A stretch of 64,000 nucleotides of DNA from positions 27,906,437-27,970,436 of the forward strand of contig NC_092672.1 in NCBI RefSeq assembly GCF_964355755.1, read 5' to 3'. Every line of letters begins with the position of its first letter. The stretch's first letter is position 1. The translations under genes and the position numbers were made by a program. This document shows, piece by piece, positions 55,501 through 61,500 of the stretch. Under the pieces are notes generated by a model. That model ran no database searches and was not told the DNA's origin. It was given only the letters and a program-made list of their open reading frames with translations. The DNA is from Antedon mediterranea. Lineage: Eukaryota > Animalia > Echinodermata.

Positions 55501-58500
55501 AAAGGTGTCCGGTATTGGGAGAGTTGACTGTATATATATTGTTTTATAACAGGGGTTTCTACTTATATAAGCTATGCTTCAGAGATTGCCCCTTTCTATT
55601 CTTTTGTTTTGTAATGATGATTTATGCATGTTTATGATTTTGTGAATGGAAATAAAGAAAAATAAATAAATAAGTAACTAAAAAAGGGGTAGGTTAGGGG
55701 AGTTAGGTAGAGGTTAATTATTCTCCAAGGATATTCCACAAACTTAAGCAGTGCATCAACACTGTTCACGCCAATAATTTTGTCTTTTCTGTTTTTGCAA
55801 TACACTTAAAAGATGTAGTGCTAAGATATTTTCTTATCAAGTTGGTAAAAGGGGGTCACTAATATAGGGTGTACAATTTTCAAATTGATGAATCAGCCAC
55901 AATACTATTTAAAAGCTTTATGGCACTTACAATGTTTTCCTAAGAATTAGCTTTACAAATATATTCAAGTCTTGAACAATTATCAAACTGTTTATTGGTA
56001 GCTTTTATAGCTAAAGTAAACTGAAAGATACAGCTCATGTGTATAATATAAACAGAGATCCAACAATTAGACTACTGTATTATGGTATAAATGACACACA
56101 CTACAATTTATCTTTTAAATAAGTCCAGGAGTGAGAACTGAATAATTGCGCCTTCGGACTTGCCACTTAAAGATTACAAAAGGTTTAGTTAGTTCTCTTC
56201 TGACGTGCAATTATGGCTTATGCTCGGTTAATATGGTACTCATCATAACAACACTAATTCTTGAATTTATGTCGCATAATAGAGGTGATCGAATAGTCCT
56301 TATGTGTATTCTACTGTTGTAATCAACGCAAACATTTTGATGTAAAAATGTAACTTGACAGGTGCACTATCAAGATATAAAAACATATCTGGTTTATACA
56401 TTTTCTAAAATCCTCTGAAATGAATTCAAAAGCAAATGTTGTTGTTTTGATTTTTTTTTTTCCCTCGTTTATCTCAGAAAAAATAGTTTTGGGTGGTCTT
56501 CATGAGCTTTTGTACTGTATGCTGTATAATTTGAAAGTTTCGATATTTTCATGTCATTTAGTGTACATTTTTCATACATAATGTTGGAATGGTTGAGCAA
56601 TGGTGTATGGCAAGAAATATTAGCATGTGAGAGGAATGGTTTTTGTTTCTTAAAACTTTGTTCTCTGTTAACTAAAGGTCATAAACATCACTGTCTACAA
56701 TTTCATTTTGTTGGTGGGCGAAGAGTTCATAAACAATGTAGGCCTATAAGAAACATTCAACTAACTAGTTTTATCTTAAGGGCATTCTAAACTTGTCTAC
56801 ACATACCTTCAAATATTTTAATATCTTTTGCTAATGGATGACATAAAAAATAAATCAAGCGCTCAGGAACTGAGCTAAATACTGGACACAATGCAGACAT
56901 GTGACAGAGGGCATGATATATAATATTTAAGCTCATTGAAGGTATAGATAACCTAGGATTTTAATATAATGTATTTTGTGATGTCACCAATATATTATTT
57001 GTTTGCAAATCCATGGCCGAGCGTTTAAGACAGTGGAACCGTAATCCATAGCTATAACATCGGCAAGGTTCGAGGCTCACTCGCTCCATGGTTTTGGTCG
57101 TCTTCTCGGATAAGGACTATAAACCGTAGGTTCAGTGTATGCATATTGCTTGTGTGCACTTTAAAGAACCTAGTACATCTTTCGAGACGAGTAGGGGGTT
57201 ACCCCGATGTACTAGTTCACACACACACACACTGTCGTGGACAGATGTACTGGCACCGTAGTTGGCTGCCGATGACACAATGTGACCCTTAGGGGAATAG
57301 AATGTTGTTGAAACGGTGTAACATCTAATTCCACAGTGCTCTGATCTTCATGAAATAGCGCTATATAAATGTCGAATTACATTACATGACATAGCCATGT
57401 TCTATAATTGATTGATTGAGTACTATACTTCAATTTAGAAAAATTTCCTAGCAAAAACAGAAAATAAATAAATAAACCTTTGTCATTCACCTAATTAGTA
57501 TTCTTTTTAAGTTTAAGTTTTTAATTACGTGAATTATTAATTTTGGTCTTATATTTATTGATAATTCTTTTGTGTTTGTGTGAAATGCAATTTTTACAAA
57601 TGTATACCTGTCTACAACAACCTTTTCATACTTAAAAATTCTCTCTCTACTCATTAATTTGTGGATGCAACGAAAACAAAATTGGTCGGCTAAACATTTA
57701 AACAAATCTTTTTCTTAGCTTTGGGGTATTGAAACATAAAGCTATTGAAACATAATATGTAATATTATTCATCAGCTTGATGTTAAACCTTCAAATGATT
57801 AACTATCAAAGGCCTAAAGATCACACACCTCACGTTAGCAACTAAATACATAAAACTATTTAATATCACAATCTTCCCTATAAAAAATAAAAAAGAATCT
57901 TGTTATTCTTTCTTATCAGTAGCTGAGGACATACCCAGCAGGTGCAGTTACTATTTACAAAGAAAATAATTTTATTTTGATAAATTTTCAGTCGAAAACC
58001 TGTCTCAGTAGGGACCGCAGCTTTGAAAACAACAGAAGGTATTTATGTAAACCAAGACAACATTTAAACAGTAGCTAATATTATGCAGATTAAATCATAA
58101 ATTTAAACAATGGAAAACAATCTTAGATAAATTAAAAACTTTAATTAAATTCATATGATCTGAACAGTGTCTTTAAAAAATTTGACCATTGCATTTTTTA
58201 TTGCATTCCAGTGCTCATATGGATTATGTGACACATTGTGGGTAGTTTTTCTATAAACGGCTAAAGAATAGGACATTAATTTCATTTCATTATTCGACAA
58301 CAAGCGGTCCAGGGGTTGCGACAGCAACAGAGCGCCATAACACATTTGTGTCCGCAACCCCTGTGTCCGCAACAAATTAATTTGTTTTAGATTACTATTT
58401 TTTGTTATTTATATTAATCTGTGACAATTTTGTTTACAAATAGGAAGGTTTGTGATAACAATAAAGTCAGATCAAGTTAATTTAATGCGAGATCCAGAAA

Positions 58501-61500
58501 AGTTGTGATGTGCTTCCTCCTCTATTCTTTGATACAGTTTTGAAAGAACAAAAAACTAAAAACCACACTGGCAGAAAGGTAAAGACCCTATTTGGCAGAA
58601 AGGTAAAGACCCCTTTTGGCAGCAAGATAAACTAAAAACCACACTGGCAGAAAGGTAAAGACCCTATTTGGCAGTAAGGTAAAGATCCCTTTTGGCAGTA
58701 AGATAAACTAAAAACCACACTGGCAGAAAGGTAAAGACCCTATTTGGCAGTAAGGTAAAGATCCCTTTTGGCAGTAAGATAAACTAAAAACCACACTGGC
58801 AGAAAGATAAAGACCCTATTTGGCAGTAAGGTAAACTAAAGACCCCATTGGCAATAAGGTGGAGACCCCATTTGGCAGTAAAGAACAACAAAAATACCTC
58901 TTTTGGCAGTAAGGTAAACTAAAGACCCAATGGCAGTAAGGTAAACTAAAGACCACACTGGCAGTAAGGTAGAGCCCAAATTTTAGTCAAGTAAACTGAA
59001 GACACTAACCGTAAGGCAAAGACCACATTTGGTAGTAAAGTAAACCAAATGTAAGACCCTATTGGCACTAAGGTAACTAAAGACCACACTGGCAGTAAGG
59101 TAGAAAACATTGGCAGTAAAGGTAAACTAAGAATGACTCATCATGAGGATCATATTATGCACTTGTTCACATTTTTTGCTTGTTTATAAGACGTGCTTAA
59201 TACTGATTTACTTTAATTACAGATGCAAGCATATCAGATATTGCAATTATAAGCATTTAATACTAGGGAAATACATTATATTGTAACCATTAGCTTCATC
59301 ATTAACAATGATTGATTGATTGATTGATTGATCCCTAGCCACGCCCTTTCACACACATGTATGAATAAACTACAAGCAACTATTCCACTTTATGAGTTTA
59401 CTGGAGTAATATGTAGTGATGCATTAAATTGTTCCTTTATTGTATGAATCTCCAACTAACCTTAAAATATTCCCTGTTGACTTTAACTATGGTTCCTAAA
59501 CTTCAAAAGAACTTTCACTAAAGAACACATTTCCTGTAAATCTCAACTCTATTTTGTAAGCTCTTTAATTGGCAGTGAAGTCAACAAAGCAGTATGGTTT
59601 TCGTTTTTTTTTTTTTTTTGTGGGGGGAGGGGGGGCCTTCTTTCCTTTTGTTTACCCATCTGTCCATTTTAACTTAAATTGCTTGAAACTTATCACATAC
59701 ATGCTCATTTGAAACTTTTGGGGTTTTTTAAGTTTGTAAACTGAACTAGTTTTTACAGACTGGAAAAGAACTTTGAAATCGTTGCAAATTTAAATCTCCA
59801 TAATATATAACTAAAATAGATGACTAAAAACTGTAGATAGAGGTTCAAAGTTTATAAAAATAAGAATTGGCCAACACTGGAAGCACCATTGCATGTCTCC
59901 TACTATTTATTGCCTACTTTCCAAAATCAATTCTTTAATTTTTTTATCACCTTTGAGAACACCAAAAGGATAATTTGTCTGAAAGCCAATATACATATTT
60001 GTTAGCAATATCAGTCTGTCTTGTCTACTGTTAAAATTCCTAAATGAAATTCAACCAGATCTGTGTGACTTTTATTACTTAAAAATACTTTTGAACAGCA
60101 TCATTCATACATATTACGAAATATTTTCGTCAAAACTACTAAAGGAAAGAACAATTTTGAAAAATCTACTGTAAATATAACAATATATAATAATTGATAA
60201 ATCTAAAGGTAAAGCATTGCCAAAAATGACAATGTTGTGGGTATCAGTGACTGGAAGACAAGCAAGCAAGACATACTGTAGCGGGGGAGATTGGGTTTTT
60301 TCCGTAATTTTTTGGTTTTCCAAATTTATTATTTAAAACATCATTATTATTCCATATAAAATTACAATGTACATACTTCTATTTATTCTTGGTAGAGAGA
60401 ATTATTACTCCTTTGAATACTTATATCATTATGAAAACATTTATCCCTAACATTTTATCAAATACATTCAATCAATAATAGGAGTATAGGGTATCCTACA
60501 CTTACCACCTCACACCTGCTTATGTTGTTTTGGTATGTGCATAAAAGTCAAAAGTTAGAAAGTTTTTCATAAAAGGTTAATATTCATATTACTATACAGT
60601 ACAATAAAGCAAACTGTTTGATAGTTTAAAGTTTTACTTACTGTATTTGTAACTGTTACTTGTTTTCCAATACTATTTTACAACATTTTATTTCAGTTAA
60701 TTGTGTGTACTACTTTACTCTATAAGTTTCCTAGTTAAATGTTAGTTATTATTCTAATGTACTTATGTGTACTTATTCATGTATATGTATGCACCTATTC
60801 AGATTTATTTAATTGTGTACTTATTTAATAAATTTGCCTGTCATTTTCATTTTTAATTGCTCCCTTTTTATTTTATTTATTTCATGGATTACTTTTATTG
60901 TTTATTTGTTAAGCACATAGAGGCTTTATGTATTATGCGCTTAAAAGTCCAAATTTATGACTATTATCAAATACAATGTTTAAATAAATACTATACATTT
61001 CTGAATATTAAATTTACAATTGAATTATTATTGTTTATAATTATTTAGTGTAAGTATACTTAATTACAAACTTGAAATATGAATATATATATTTATTCAG
61101 TATGAACTTATATGGATATATGTACTATTTAATTGTCCTTATTCAATGTGTATACATGTACTTTAATATTCAGTATGCACTTATATGGATATATGTACTA
61201 TTTAATTGTCCTTATTCAATGTGTATACATGTACTTTAATATTCAGTATGCACTTATATGGATATATGTACTATTTAATTGTCCTTATTCAATGTGTATA
61301 CATGTACTTAATATTCAGTATGCACTTATATGGATATATGTACTATTTAATTGTCCTTATTCAATGTGTATACATGTATTTAATATTCAGTATGCACTTC
61401 TATGGATATGTACTATTTAATTGTCCTTATTCAATGTGTATACATGTACTTAATATTCAGTATGCACTTATATGGATATATGTACTATTTAATTGTCCTT

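Larger units (their letters stand above)
53724..56731. repeat. large diverged inverted duplication (53724-54928 / 56023-56731)
   Basis: Three collinear blocks: 53724-53848 with 56610-56731, 54211-54450 with 56298-56604, 54668-54928 with 56023-56291. Confidence 0.9.

Noticed and set aside
60506-60515. 10-nt microexon with a strong gtaagt donor
   Set aside because: Poor acceptor context and frame-shifting.
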